A stretch of DNA of 57,636 nucleotides from an uncultured Planctomycetia bacterium. GTDB lineage: Bacteria > Omnitrophota > Gorgyraeia > VGKN01. Positions 10,228-19,173 of this stretch are shown piece after piece (positions within the stretch are counted from its first letter, which is position 1; every line of letters starts with the position of its first letter). The notes beneath the pieces are model-generated. The model ran no database searches. It had not been told where the DNA came from and saw only the letters and a list, made by a program, of their open reading frames with translations. The stretch is from NCBI GenBank assembly GCA_964506845.1, contig CAZDNS010000005.1:2975-60610 (forward strand). The letters are read 5' to 3'. The position numbers were made by a program, and so were the translations under genes.

Positions 10228-10913
10228 AAAAACCATTTAAGTCAAAGAGGATAAGGGGTGTTTTATTTGAGGGTGAAAGCCTAATCTATCCAGGCGTAAA
10301 AATCAAAAAAGGCTCCAGTGTATACGGGCCGTGCGTTCTTGGAAGACCTGCGAGAGAAAAAAGAAATAGTCCTACTTTAATCATAGGAGAAAACAGCGTT
10401 ATAAGGCCCTTTACAACCATTTATACAGGAAATGTAATTGGCGATTACTTTCAGTGCGGCCAGGGAGTCTCCATAAGAGAGAATAACCGAATAGGTGACC
10501 ATGTCAGCATAGGTACAAATTCTAGCGTAGAATTTGACAACTTTATTGGTAATCATACCCGCATTCACTCAGGGTGTTTTCTTGAGATGTGTAATATCGG
10601 GGATTACGTATTTATAGGGCCTAATACCGTATTTACAGATGACCCCCATCCGATGAATTGCCCGCGCTATAAGGACTGCCTCAAGGGCGCAAGGGTTCTG
10701 GATAAGGCGCGCATTGGCGCAAATTGCACTATTTTACCGGGGGTGACCATAGGATACAACAGCCTTATCGGAGCAGGTTCTGTGGTGACAAAGGATGTGC
10801 CGGACAATGCAGTGGTTGCGGGTAACCCTGCCAGGGTTATTAATACCATAGGCAGATTAAAATGTATGCCTGGTTTTTTTAAAAGGCCATATCTTTGGGA
10901 ACCATACGTATAA
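10224..10913 (+). CDS. LbH N-acetyltransferase (WbpD/FdtC-like)
   Basis: [42 protein letters not shown]; ATGA overlap. Confidence 0.85.
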   Translation: MKKPFKSKRIRGVLFEGESLIYPGVKIKKGSSVYGPCVLGRPAREKRNSPTLIIGENSVIRPFTTIYTGNVIGDYFQCGQGVSIRENNRIGDHVSIGTNSSVEFDNFIGNHTRIHSGCFLEMCNIGDYVFIGPNTVFTDDPHPMNCPRYKDCLKGARVLDKARIGANCTILPGVTIGYNSLIGAGSVVTKDVPDNAVVAGNPARVINTIGRLKCMPGFFKRPYLWEPYV

Positions 10914-10939
10914 ATCGTTTTTAACTATAAGGAGGATAA

Positions 10940-12055
10940 GTGAAGGCGTTAGTAACTGGCGGAGCAGGGCTTATAGGTTCGCATATCGCGGATTTGTTGT
11001 TGGAAAAAGGCTATGAAGTCAGGATTTTTGATAATCTGGAGCCTCAGACTCACATGGAAGGAAAACCCCGCTGGATACCGGAAGAGGCAGAGTTTATCCA
11101 GGGAGATATGAGGAGTGAAAGAGATCTGGAGTCGGCGCTTAAAGGGGTTGACCTTGTTTTCCACCAGGCAGCTTATGGCGGGTTTGCTCCTGAGATAGCA
11201 AAGATGACTGATGTCAATGCCTTGGGCACTGCCAGAATGCTTGAGATTATACGCAATAAACGGCTGAATATTAAAAAGATAGTCACTGCCTCCTCTCAGG
11301 CAGTATACGGCGAAGGAAAATATTTTTGTAAAGAGCATGGCGCACAACATCCTCCTTTAAGGAGCATAGAACAATTGAGCAAGGCAGAGTGGGAATTAAG
11401 GTGCCCTTTTTGTTCGAAACCTATGGAAGGCCGTCCGGTAGATGAGGAAATGGCGGTAAGTGTAACAGGTGTTTATTCTATCTCCAAATATTTTCAGGAG
11501 CGCTTAACCCTTAATTTTTACAAAGAGACGGGAATACCTACTGTAGCGCTCAGGTATTCGCTCACCTACGGGTCAAGGCAGTCTGTGTTTAATCCCTATT
11601 CCGGGATATGCTCTATATTTTCCACCCGCATACTGAATAATTTGCCGCCGGTGGTTTACGAGGACGGTAACCAGACACGGGACTTTATTTACGTAAAAGA
11701 TGTTGCCCGGGCAAATCTTTTAGTTAGCGAAAATGACGCGATAAAAGGCGAGGTATTTAACGTTGGCACAGGAAAACCGACCAGGGTTGTGGATTTTCTA
11801 TCTATCCTTACCAGCGCGTACAAGAGTAATATTAAGCCGGTCTTTCCGAATGAATACAGACCTATGGACTTAAGGCATCTTTTTGCAGATGCAAGCCGTC
11901 TAGCCAAATATGGTTTTAAGCCCCAGTACGATATTGAAACAGGCGTAAAAGAGTATGTGAACTGGATACGCAGCATCGGTTCGCCAAAAGAGTATTTTTC
12001 AAAGGCAATGGAGTTTTTAAGGGAGCTTAAGATAGTAAGAAAGGTTAACGGGTGA
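10940..12055 (+). CDS. NAD-dependent epimerase/dehydratase with a Cys/His insert
   Basis: VTGGAGLIG, YSISK, DGNQTRDFIYV; C..H...C..C insert. Confidence 0.9.
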   Translation: MKALVTGGAGLIGSHIADLLLEKGYEVRIFDNLEPQTHMEGKPRWIPEEAEFIQGDMRSERDLESALKGVDLVFHQAAYGGFAPEIAKMTDVNALGTARMLEIIRNKRLNIKKIVTASSQAVYGEGKYFCKEHGAQHPPLRSIEQLSKAEWELRCPFCSKPMEGRPVDEEMAVSVTGVYSISKYFQERLTLNFYKETGIPTVALRYSLTYGSRQSVFNPYSGICSIFSTRILNNLPPVVYEDGNQTRDFIYVKDVARANLLVSENDAIKGEVFNVGTGKPTRVVDFLSILTSAYKSNIKPVFPNEYRPMDLRHLFADASRLAKYGFKPQYDIETGVKEYVNWIRSIGSPKEYFSKAMEFLRELKIVRKVNG

Positions 12056-13263
12056 AGATACACCTCTATGGCAATAATGCCAATATGGCTTTTAACTTCT
12101 GCAGGTTTCTCCGCAGGCTGAATATAGAAGCCTGTGTATATGTGGACAGCTTTCCGCTTGTAAGGAGCGACCTTCCTGAATGGGAATTACCACAGGAGAG
12201 CCGCTCGGAATGGGTAAGATATGTGGATGTGTCAGTAAAGGGCCTGCTTAGATTGAGAAAAAAAGAAAGAACGTTTTTGAGCGAACTTAAGGAATGCGAC
12301 CTTATACATTCTTTCGGAGAGGCCTCGATGCTTACCCAGTTCGCAAACAGGCCGTATCTGCACTGGACCTACGGCTACGATTTGGATAACATCCCTTTTA
12401 AGAACGGCTCTCCCAAGCATATAATACTTGCAGGTATTCAGAGGAAGGCGCTAAAGAAGGCGGGTCTGGTCATTTATTCAATGCCGCACCAGAGAGAATC
12501 GGTTGAGAAATTGCGTCTAACTAATGCCCTTTATTTCCCATTTATTCCTATTGAGACAGAAAGATATAGAAAAGTAGATGAGGGTTCTGTAGAGAATATC
12601 CGCAAGAAGTATAACTGTGATTTTTTATTTGCCCATCTGGCGCGTCAGGAATGGGTAAGAAACGAACCTGGCCAGCAGAACAAGGGAAACGATAAGTTAT
12701 TCCGGGCGTTTGCCCGTTTCGTGAAATCGGACAAGGTTAATGCCATTATGCTGGTTGCCGAAAAGGGAAGGGATGTCTTAGAGAGCAAGCGCCTGATAAC
12801 GGAGCTGGGGATTGAGGCTAACGTGGAGTGGATTCCTTCGCTACCCAAAGATGAACTCATCAGGCTCTTAAGCGCTGTGGATATCGTATTTGACCAGTTC
12901 AATGCCGGCTCAGCCGGTCTTTTGGTGCTGGAATCTATGTCAATGGAAATACCCACCTTTATCTATTTTAGCAGGGAATATACGTCATTTTTCAAGGAGC
13001 CGCCGCCTGTCATAAATGTATTTACAGAAGAGGAAATTTATAATAAAATTATAGAATTATGTAAAAATAAGGAAAGAGGCGCCCATATAGGGCATTTGGA
13101 AAGGGAATGGGTAAAAAAATACTTTAACTGGGATATCGTAACCAAGCAGTTTATCAGGTGTTATGAAGATATATTAGGAGGTCAAATGAAGACGCAGTTT
13201 ACGGAACGAACCCATTCGACTTTGCTCAGGGTTCGTCCTGAGTGTAATCGAAGGACGAAGTGA
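12052..13263 (+). CDS. Glycosyltransferase (GT4/GT-B); last ~25 aa come from the adjacent repeat
   Basis: DIVFDQF...GLLVLESMSMEIP; tail MKTQFTERTH... reads through the element arm. Confidence 0.8.
   Translation: MKIHLYGNNANMAFNFCRFLRRLNIEACVYVDSFPLVRSDLPEWELPQESRSEWVRYVDVSVKGLLRLRKKERTFLSELKECDLIHSFGEASMLTQFANRPYLHWTYGYDLDNIPFKNGSPKHIILAGIQRKALKKAGLVIYSMPHQRESVEKLRLTNALYFPFIPIETERYRKVDEGSVENIRKKYNCDFLFAHLARQEWVRNEPGQQNKGNDKLFRAFARFVKSDKVNAIMLVAEKGRDVLESKRLITELGIEANVEWIPSLPKDELIRLLSAVDIVFDQFNAGSAGLLVLESMSMEIPTFIYFSREYTSFFKEPPPVINVFTEEEIYNKIIELCKNKERGAHIGHLEREWVKKYFNWDIVTKQFIRCYEDILGGQMKTQFTERTHSTLLRVRPECNRRTK
13211..13254. repeat. REP-like palindrome nested in the loop of the family C left arm
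   Basis: TTCGA..TGCTCAGG / CCTGAGTG..TCGAA pairing; flanked by ACGAA at 13206-13210 and 13255-13259; absent from the other arms. Confidence 0.65.
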
Positions 13264-13304
13264 ACGTAAATTGCATGTCTGAATTTGACCCTTGACATTT
13301 TGCA

Positions 13305-13607
13305 ATGAATCAAATTTATTATGCTTATATCTTACAGTGTAATAATAACACTAAATACTATGGTCATATGAATAATTTGATAGAGCGCATTAAAGATCAT
13401 ATAAGAGGTCGTGTTTGTTCTACAAGAAATAAACAACCAGAATTGGTTTATTATGAGGAATTCAATTCATGTTCACAGGCGTTTAAACGTGAGATGCAGT
13501 TTAAGAATGGAAAAACTCGTAGGACCACTATAGAAAAATTGATAAGATCGTTTCCGAAGGAAAAATGTCAAGGGTTCAATTCACAGACACTTCGTTATAA
13601 TCCTTGA
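13305..13607 (+). CDS. Small stand-alone GIY-YIG nuclease (YhbQ/UPF0213-like)
   Basis: YAYIL..YYG..NNL.ER...H..G...T...P.LVYYE.F....A.KRE...K. Confidence 0.85.
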   Translation: MNQIYYAYILQCNNNTKYYGHMNNLIERIKDHIRGRVCSTRNKQPELVYYEEFNSCSQAFKREMQFKNGKTRRTTIEKLIRSFPKEKCQGFNSQTLRYNP

Positions 13608-13649
13608 CAGGCTTGTCAAGGATTATCTGCTCATTGAAGGAGGTAATAA

Positions 13650-14420
13650 ATGCAGTGCGTCATACTCTGCGGCGGTTTAGGCACAAGGCTAAGGGAAGAA
13701 ACTGAATATCATCCCAAACCCCTTGTTAAGATAGGCAATATGCCGATACTGTGGCATATAATGAAGATTTACTCCCACTATGGGATTAAAGAATTTATCC
13801 TTTCTCTGGGTTACAAGGGAGAGATGATAAAAGAGTTTTTTGTAAACTATAAGTATTTTCACAACGATTTCTCCCTGAATCTAAAGACGCATAAGGCGAA
13901 TATTATGTCCGACGGCGAGAAGATAGAAAACTGGAATATTGTATTTGCCGATACCGGGATAGAGACCTCTACCGGAGGCAGGATTACGCGTGTAAAGAAA
14001 TATACGAAGGATAATGAGCCCCTTTTTCTGGCTACATACGGGGATGGCGTGGCAAACGTAAATATCAGAAAACTAATAGAATTTCACAGGAGAAATAATA
14101 AGATAGCCACGCTTACCGCTGTTCATCCGGTTTCTAAGTATGGGGTAATAGAAATAAAAGGCAGTCTTGCAAGGAGTTTTGCCCAGAAGCCGAGCTTAGA
14201 GGGTTATATTAATGGCGGTTTTTTTGTCTTTAAAAAAGATGTTTTTGATTACCTCGACGATGAGATGATGTTAGAAGATGTGTTTCCCCTGCTTGCTAAG
14301 GAAAACCAGCTCGCGGTTTATCAGCATAATGATTTCTGGCACTGTATGGATACCTATAAGGATTATCAGGTTTTAAACAAGATGTGGGAAACCGGAAAGG
14401 CTGAATGGAAGATATGGTGA
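13650..14420 (+). CDS. rfbF: Glucose-1-phosphate cytidylyltransferase
   Basis: [45 protein letters not shown]. Confidence 0.92.
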   Translation: MQCVILCGGLGTRLREETEYHPKPLVKIGNMPILWHIMKIYSHYGIKEFILSLGYKGEMIKEFFVNYKYFHNDFSLNLKTHKANIMSDGEKIENWNIVFADTGIETSTGGRITRVKKYTKDNEPLFLATYGDGVANVNIRKLIEFHRRNNKIATLTAVHPVSKYGVIEIKGSLARSFAQKPSLEGYINGGFFVFKKDVFDYLDDEMMLEDVFPLLAKENQLAVYQHNDFWHCMDTYKDYQVLNKMWETGKAEWKIW

Positions 14421-15403
14421 AAAAAAATAATTTCTGGCATAACAGGAATGTACTCGTAACCGGATGCACCGGCTTGCTCGGCTCCTGGCTTACGAAAAAC
14501 CTCGTTGAAAAAAGGGCTAACGTTATAGGGTTAATCCGCGATTGGGTACCCCGGTCCAATTTATTCACTATGGAGCTCTTTAACCGCATAACCACTGTAA
14601 GAGGAGAGGTGGAGGATGAAGTTCTTTTAGAAAGGATAATAAACGAATACGAGATAGAAACGGTTTTTCATCTAGCAGCCCAGACTATCGTAGGTATAGC
14701 CAATAATAACCCTGTATCCACATTCCGCACAAACATAATGGGCACCTGTAATATCCTCGAGGCAAGCCGAAGAAATAATAGGGTAAAACAAATTGTTATT
14801 GCCTCAAGCGATAAGGCATACGGTGAATGCCCGAACCTTCCATACGATGAGCAAACCCCTCTAAAGGGTACGCACCCTTATGATGTATCAAAGAGTTGCG
14901 CAGACCTTCTGAGTGTGTCTTACTTTAAGACATACCGCCTGCCTGTCTGCGTAACGCGCTGCGGGAATTTCTTCGGTGGAGGAGATTTGAATTTTAACCG
15001 GCTTATCCCCGGCACTATCCGCTCCGCCCTCTTGGGTGAAAGGCCTATTATAAGAAGCGACGGCACCTGCATACGCGATTATTTTTATATAAAGGACGCT
15101 GCCAACGCATATATGTATCTGGCAGAGAAGATGAACGAGATAGATATAGCCGGCCAGGCGTTTAACTTCGGAAATGAGGTAAGAGTAAGCGTCCTTGATA
15201 TGGCAAGGAAGGTCTTAAAACTTATGAAGAAGGAGCACCTCAAGCCCGTTATTCTGAACGAGGCGGATTGCGAAATTCAAAATCAATACCTCTCTTCTAA
15301 AAAGGCAAGGGAGATCCTTAAATGGAAACCCCTGTATTCTCTGGACGAGGGTTTGAAGGAGACTATAGAGTGGTATAAAGAATTTTTTCAAATGAAGACG
15401 TGA
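14414..15403 (+). CDS. rfbG: CDP-glucose 4,6-dehydratase-like SDR
   Basis: [41 protein letters not shown]; follows rfbF. Confidence 0.8.
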   Translation: MVKKNNFWHNRNVLVTGCTGLLGSWLTKNLVEKRANVIGLIRDWVPRSNLFTMELFNRITTVRGEVEDEVLLERIINEYEIETVFHLAAQTIVGIANNNPVSTFRTNIMGTCNILEASRRNNRVKQIVIASSDKAYGECPNLPYDEQTPLKGTHPYDVSKSCADLLSVSYFKTYRLPVCVTRCGNFFGGGDLNFNRLIPGTIRSALLGERPIIRSDGTCIRDYFYIKDAANAYMYLAEKMNEIDIAGQAFNFGNEVRVSVLDMARKVLKLMKKEHLKPVILNEADCEIQNQYLSSKKAREILKWKPLYSLDEGLKETIEWYKEFFQMKT

Positions 15404-15574
15404 CTTATGGAACAAAGTGAACATAAGTCACTGTCTGAATTTGACCCTTGACATTTTACCTTAGAAAAGTTGCATCCATAACAAAATGTCAAGGGTTTAA
15501 TTCGCACCAGCAAAGAGGTTAAACAAAGAAGATTGATACTTGACATTAAAAAATGTCAAGTATCAAGCGCTCAT
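15392..15574. mobile_element. Family C element, copy 2: no nuclease gene (putative non-autonomous)
   Basis: Same ATGAAG...GCTCAT ends and same inner IR as copy 1 (15437-15457 / 15483-15503), enclosing only 25 bp. Confidence 0.75.
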
Positions 15575-15590
15575 TAAAGGAGAAAAACCT

Positions 15591-16046
15591 ATGATACAAG
15601 GGGTCAAAATAAAAGATCTAAAACAGATACCGGATGAACGGGGCAGGATAGGCCATATGCTGCGAGAGGATGATGAGGTTTTTGAGAGGTTCGGCGAGAT
15701 ATATTTTTCATACTGCTATCAGGGAGTCGTTAAAGGATGGCACTATCATAAGAAGCAAAAGGATAATTTCGCTGTTATTAAGGGTATGATGAAGGTGGTG
15801 CTTTATGACCCGCGCGAAAATAGTCCTACGAAAGGCGAGATTATGGAGATTTTTATAGGGGAACACAACCCAAAACTCATTACTATACCTGAGAATGTAA
15901 TTCACGGCTTTAAGGCTATAGGAAACGAATACGCCATCCTCGCTAACTGCGCTACCTATCCCTACAACTATCAGAACCCCGACGAGTATCGCATAGACCC
16001 CTTCAAAAACGATATCCCCTATGACTGGAACATAAAACAGGGTTGA
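15591..16046 (+). CDS. RmlC-family NDP-4-keto-6-deoxysugar epimerase (cupin)
   Basis: DERG, KGWHYHKKQ, YDPRENSPT, HGF; AAGGAG RBS. Confidence 0.88.
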   Translation: MIQGVKIKDLKQIPDERGRIGHMLREDDEVFERFGEIYFSYCYQGVVKGWHYHKKQKDNFAVIKGMMKVVLYDPRENSPTKGEIMEIFIGEHNPKLITIPENVIHGFKAIGNEYAILANCATYPYNYQNPDEYRIDPFKNDIPYDWNIKQG

Positions 16047-16077
16047 CGTTGATGAATTTTTCAGACCCTGTTTTATG
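16031..16077. repeat. 13-bp perfect inverted repeat overlapping the stop of the RmlC-like gene
   Basis: CATAAAACAGGGT (16031-16043) / ACCCTGTTTTATG (16065-16077). Confidence 0.6.
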
Positions 16078-16139
16078 ACCGATATAACTTGTAGAACAGA
16101 GGGTATATTTTATGCATATCAAAAAAGAAACACAATAGA

Positions 16140-17084
16140 ATGAAAATTCTGATTACAGGAGCAACCGGATACTTAGGCAGTTTCGTAGCAGATTATCTCA
16201 TAAAGCAGGGCTATGATATCCGTTTAACTGCAAGGACTATCCCTGATTTTATGAAGGAATGGTCTATGCGGTTTGAATTCCTTGCAGGCGATGTCCTGGA
16301 TAGCGATTTTTGCTTGAGGGCGAGCAGAGGAGTAGACTTTATCCTGCATTTTGCTGCCTTAAATGAAGTAGAATGCGACAAATCTCCTGAGATGGCTTTA
16401 AGGGTAAACGGCATAGGCACATACAATATGCTATACGGGGCATCCAAGAATTCTATAAAGCGCTTCTATTACATATCCACCTTCCATGTCTATGGTGTTC
16501 CAAAGACAGATACAATAACCGAGGATACGCAAGCGTTACCCTTAAGCCATTATGCGATAAGCCACTATGTGGCGGAAAGGTACTGCGAGCAATTTTTTTT
16601 GAAAAAGGGGTTATACTTCAACATCCTCAGGATTTCAAACGGATATGGCGCTCCCTTATTTAAAGAGATAGACAGGTGGTCGCTGGTGTTAAACGATTTT
16701 TGCAGGAGTGCAATTTCTAAAAAAGAGATAACACTTAAGACCAAAGGGACCCAGCGAAGGGATTTTATCTCCCTGGGCGATATCTCAAGGGCAATCCAGA
16801 TTTTAATAGACGGTCGGGAAACCCAGCAGAGGTTATTCAATGTAGGCGGAGAAAATCCGAGGAGTATCAGGGAACTTGCGGATATGGTTATATATATTTA
16901 CAAAAAGGATTTTAACGAGAAGGTTGAGTTTAAATTCGCAGAACCCATTTTAGATACATCGGGAGAGAGAAGTTTCGCTTTTGACATAAGTCGTATAAAG
17001 CGCCTGGGTTTTAATCCGCAGTCAGATATGGAAAGGGAAATTCATAAACTGATTGAGTTATGCTATGAATTCAGAACAGATTAG
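16140..17084 (+). CDS. NAD-dependent epimerase/reductase (SDR)
   Basis: ITGATGYLG, STFHVYG; YAISH in place of the usual YxxxK. Confidence 0.85.
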   Translation: MKILITGATGYLGSFVADYLIKQGYDIRLTARTIPDFMKEWSMRFEFLAGDVLDSDFCLRASRGVDFILHFAALNEVECDKSPEMALRVNGIGTYNMLYGASKNSIKRFYYISTFHVYGVPKTDTITEDTQALPLSHYAISHYVAERYCEQFFLKKGLYFNILRISNGYGAPLFKEIDRWSLVLNDFCRSAISKKEITLKTKGTQRRDFISLGDISRAIQILIDGRETQQRLFNVGGENPRSIRELADMVIYIYKKDFNEKVEFKFAEPILDTSGERSFAFDISRIKRLGFNPQSDMEREIHKLIELCYEFRTD

Positions 17085-18531
17085 GGATAAGAAGGTAGTT
17101 ATTGTTGGTGCAGGGATATCCGGCCTGACCATCGGCAGCATCCTTACCGACAATGGTATTAAGGTGACTATACTTGAAAAGGAAAAGGAGGTAGGGGGCC
17201 TTGCCAGAAGCGTTAAATACGACGGTTTTACGTTCGATTTTGGCCCGCACTGCATATTTGAGAACCAGGGAAAGGCAGGTAAATTTATAAAAGAGCTCCT
17301 GAAGGACGAACTCTTAGTTGTGCCTAAAAAGACAGGTGTTTTTCTAATGGAAAAATATTACAACTGGCCGTTAAATCCAGAGGTAATTATAAAGCTGCCC
17401 TGGAGGGTTAAGTTTAATGCCCTGTTCGATTTCTTTTACAGGAAAAGATATGAGGGAAATTCTTTAAGGGAATATCTTTTAAACAGATACGGGAAAACCC
17501 TTTACCGGATAGACTTTGAGCCCTATACGAAGAAATTTCTGGATATAGACCCTTTAAACCTTGACCCGGACTGGATGAAAATCGGAATTATAAGAGCAGG
17601 CGCAGGAGAGAAATTAAAAATGGGTTCGCTCTGGCAGGTATTTTTCTCTTTATTCAGAAAAAAGGCCGAATTCTTCACATATCCCAGGGGCGGCTCTATC
17701 CGGTTTCCGCTTGCGCTGGCAGGACAGATTTCTGATGCAGGCAGCCAGATAATAAGGGAGGCGGAGGTTACGGGCATCGAGTCTAATTCCGATAAAATTA
17801 CCTCTATTCAAACCCCAAATGGTAAATTTTATGCAGACCATTTTGTATGGACAGCGCCTCTCACCATTCTGGAGAAACTACTTTTTAAAAATACCGAAAT
17901 TGCAAACGGCTTAGATTATATATCTATGATATTTTATAATATGGAGATAAATGGAAAGATACCCTCTGAATACAGATGGTGTTATTTTGTGGATACGAAT
18001 ATATTCTTTCCGCGCTTAAGTATTTCCACTCTTTTTAGCCCGGCGAATTCTCCTGAGGGCAAAACCAGCCTTACGGTGGAAGTTACCTGCAAAAGGGATG
18101 CCGAGATATGGAACGCTCCGCAGAAATATCAGGATAAGATTATCGAAGACCTTAAAAGGGTGGGCGTCATAAAGGAGAGAGCGCAAGTAGAAAGGATATA
18201 CATAGAAAAAATAGAATACGCCTATCCTGTTTATCGTCTCGGATACAGGGAGGAGTTGGCCAGACTTGAAAATAGGCTTAAGGCTTATACAAATCTTACC
18301 CTTTCAGGCAGGCAGGGGACGTTCTGGTATTGCAATATGGACCATTGCGTGGAGCAGGGGATTGATATTGCCAATAACCTCATTAAGGAATTAAATGAGG
18401 GGTCAGGGAATTTTCCACGACCCCTCATCCCGAGCGAAGCGAGGGATCTCAAAGATCCTTCGGCCTTACGGCCTCAGGATGAGCCCTCGATAAATATAAA
18501 AAACTCCCCGAGAGCTCAATTAAATGAATAA
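17065..18531 (+). CDS. FAD-dependent oxidoreductase (HemY/Glf-like fold) with a 43-aa repeat-derived C-terminal insertion
   Basis: IVGAGISG, VGGLARS..FDFGPH, YAYPVY, GRQGTF.Y.NMDH. Confidence 0.85.
   Translation: MNSEQIRDKKVVIVGAGISGLTIGSILTDNGIKVTILEKEKEVGGLARSVKYDGFTFDFGPHCIFENQGKAGKFIKELLKDELLVVPKKTGVFLMEKYYNWPLNPEVIIKLPWRVKFNALFDFFYRKRYEGNSLREYLLNRYGKTLYRIDFEPYTKKFLDIDPLNLDPDWMKIGIIRAGAGEKLKMGSLWQVFFSLFRKKAEFFTYPRGGSIRFPLALAGQISDAGSQIIREAEVTGIESNSDKITSIQTPNGKFYADHFVWTAPLTILEKLLFKNTEIANGLDYISMIFYNMEINGKIPSEYRWCYFVDTNIFFPRLSISTLFSPANSPEGKTSLTVEVTCKRDAEIWNAPQKYQDKIIEDLKRVGVIKERAQVERIYIEKIEYAYPVYRLGYREELARLENRLKAYTNLTLSGRQGTFWYCNMDHCVEQGIDIANNLIKELNEGSGNFPRPLIPSEARDLKDPSALRPQDEPSINIKNSPRAQLNE
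18397..18517. mobile_element. MITE-like element family A, copy 2 (121 bp, 8-bp TSD AATTAAAT)
   Basis: AATTAAAT at 18389-18396 and 18518-18525; GAG...CTC ends; core shared with 14-141. Confidence 0.8.
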
Positions 18532-19171
18532 CGATAAGACAGGCAGGGTTATCGATTTAAGATACAAGGTAGCCTTTTATGACCCGATGAATTTTTTTCT
18601 TTACCTATTATTCGGGGGAGAAAAAAGATTCCGCAGTGAGATTATCAAATATGCTACTTTATCTGAAGATATGTCCTTACTGGATATAGGTTGCGCTACT
18701 GGAGGAAATGTAATCTCGGTTTTAGAGACGGTGCCGTTTAAATTGCGGGTTTACGGTTTGGACGCCGCTTTTAATATAATACGCCACGCAAGGGATAAGG
18801 TATTAAAAAAAAACTTAAATGGCCATTTTGTTCAGGCTATGGCAGAGTATCTGCCTTTTAAAGATAACACCATAGACCGCATCATTAATGTTTTTATGCT
18901 TCATCATCTAAGGTATAAAATGAAGGTAAGGGCGTTAAAGGAGATGCACAGGGTGCTTAAAACAGGCGGGGTTTTGATAGTAATTGACCCAGCCAAACCG
19001 CACAACCTGCTTGGCAAAATATTTGGTTTTTTAAGGTGCTATATACCCGAGATAAATGAAAGCCTTAAGATGCCTTTGGCAGAACTGGTAAAAGAGGGAG
19101 GTTTTAAGGACGCGGCTACGCTTAGAAACACCCTTGGATGTTTTTCTTTTGTACGCGCCAGAAAGGAATAA
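18524..19171 (+). CDS. UbiE-like class I SAM methyltransferase
   Basis: LLDIGCATG, AEYLPFKD, LKEMHRVLKTGG. Confidence 0.85.
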   Translation: MNNDKTGRVIDLRYKVAFYDPMNFFLYLLFGGEKRFRSEIIKYATLSEDMSLLDIGCATGGNVISVLETVPFKLRVYGLDAAFNIIRHARDKVLKKNLNGHFVQAMAEYLPFKDNTIDRIINVFMLHHLRYKMKVRALKEMHRVLKTGGVLIVIDPAKPHNLLGKIFGFLRCYIPEINESLKMPLAELVKEGGFKDAATLRNTLGCFSFVRARKE

Positions 19172-19173
19172 AA

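Larger units (their letters stand above)
13186..13634. mobile_element. Family C element, copy 1: GIY-YIG gene enclosed by structured inverted repeats
   Basis: ATGAAG...GCTCAT ends; inner IR GAATTTGACCCTTGACATTTT (13281-13301) / AAAATGTCAAGGGTTCAATTC (13562-13582); hairpins in both arms. Confidence 0.75.

Noticed and set aside
13292-15566. TTGACA hexamers in the family C repeats as sigma70 -35 boxes
   Set aside because: For the + strand copies I checked, no convincing -10 box lies at 16-18 bp; the hexamers are explained as parts of inverted repeats.
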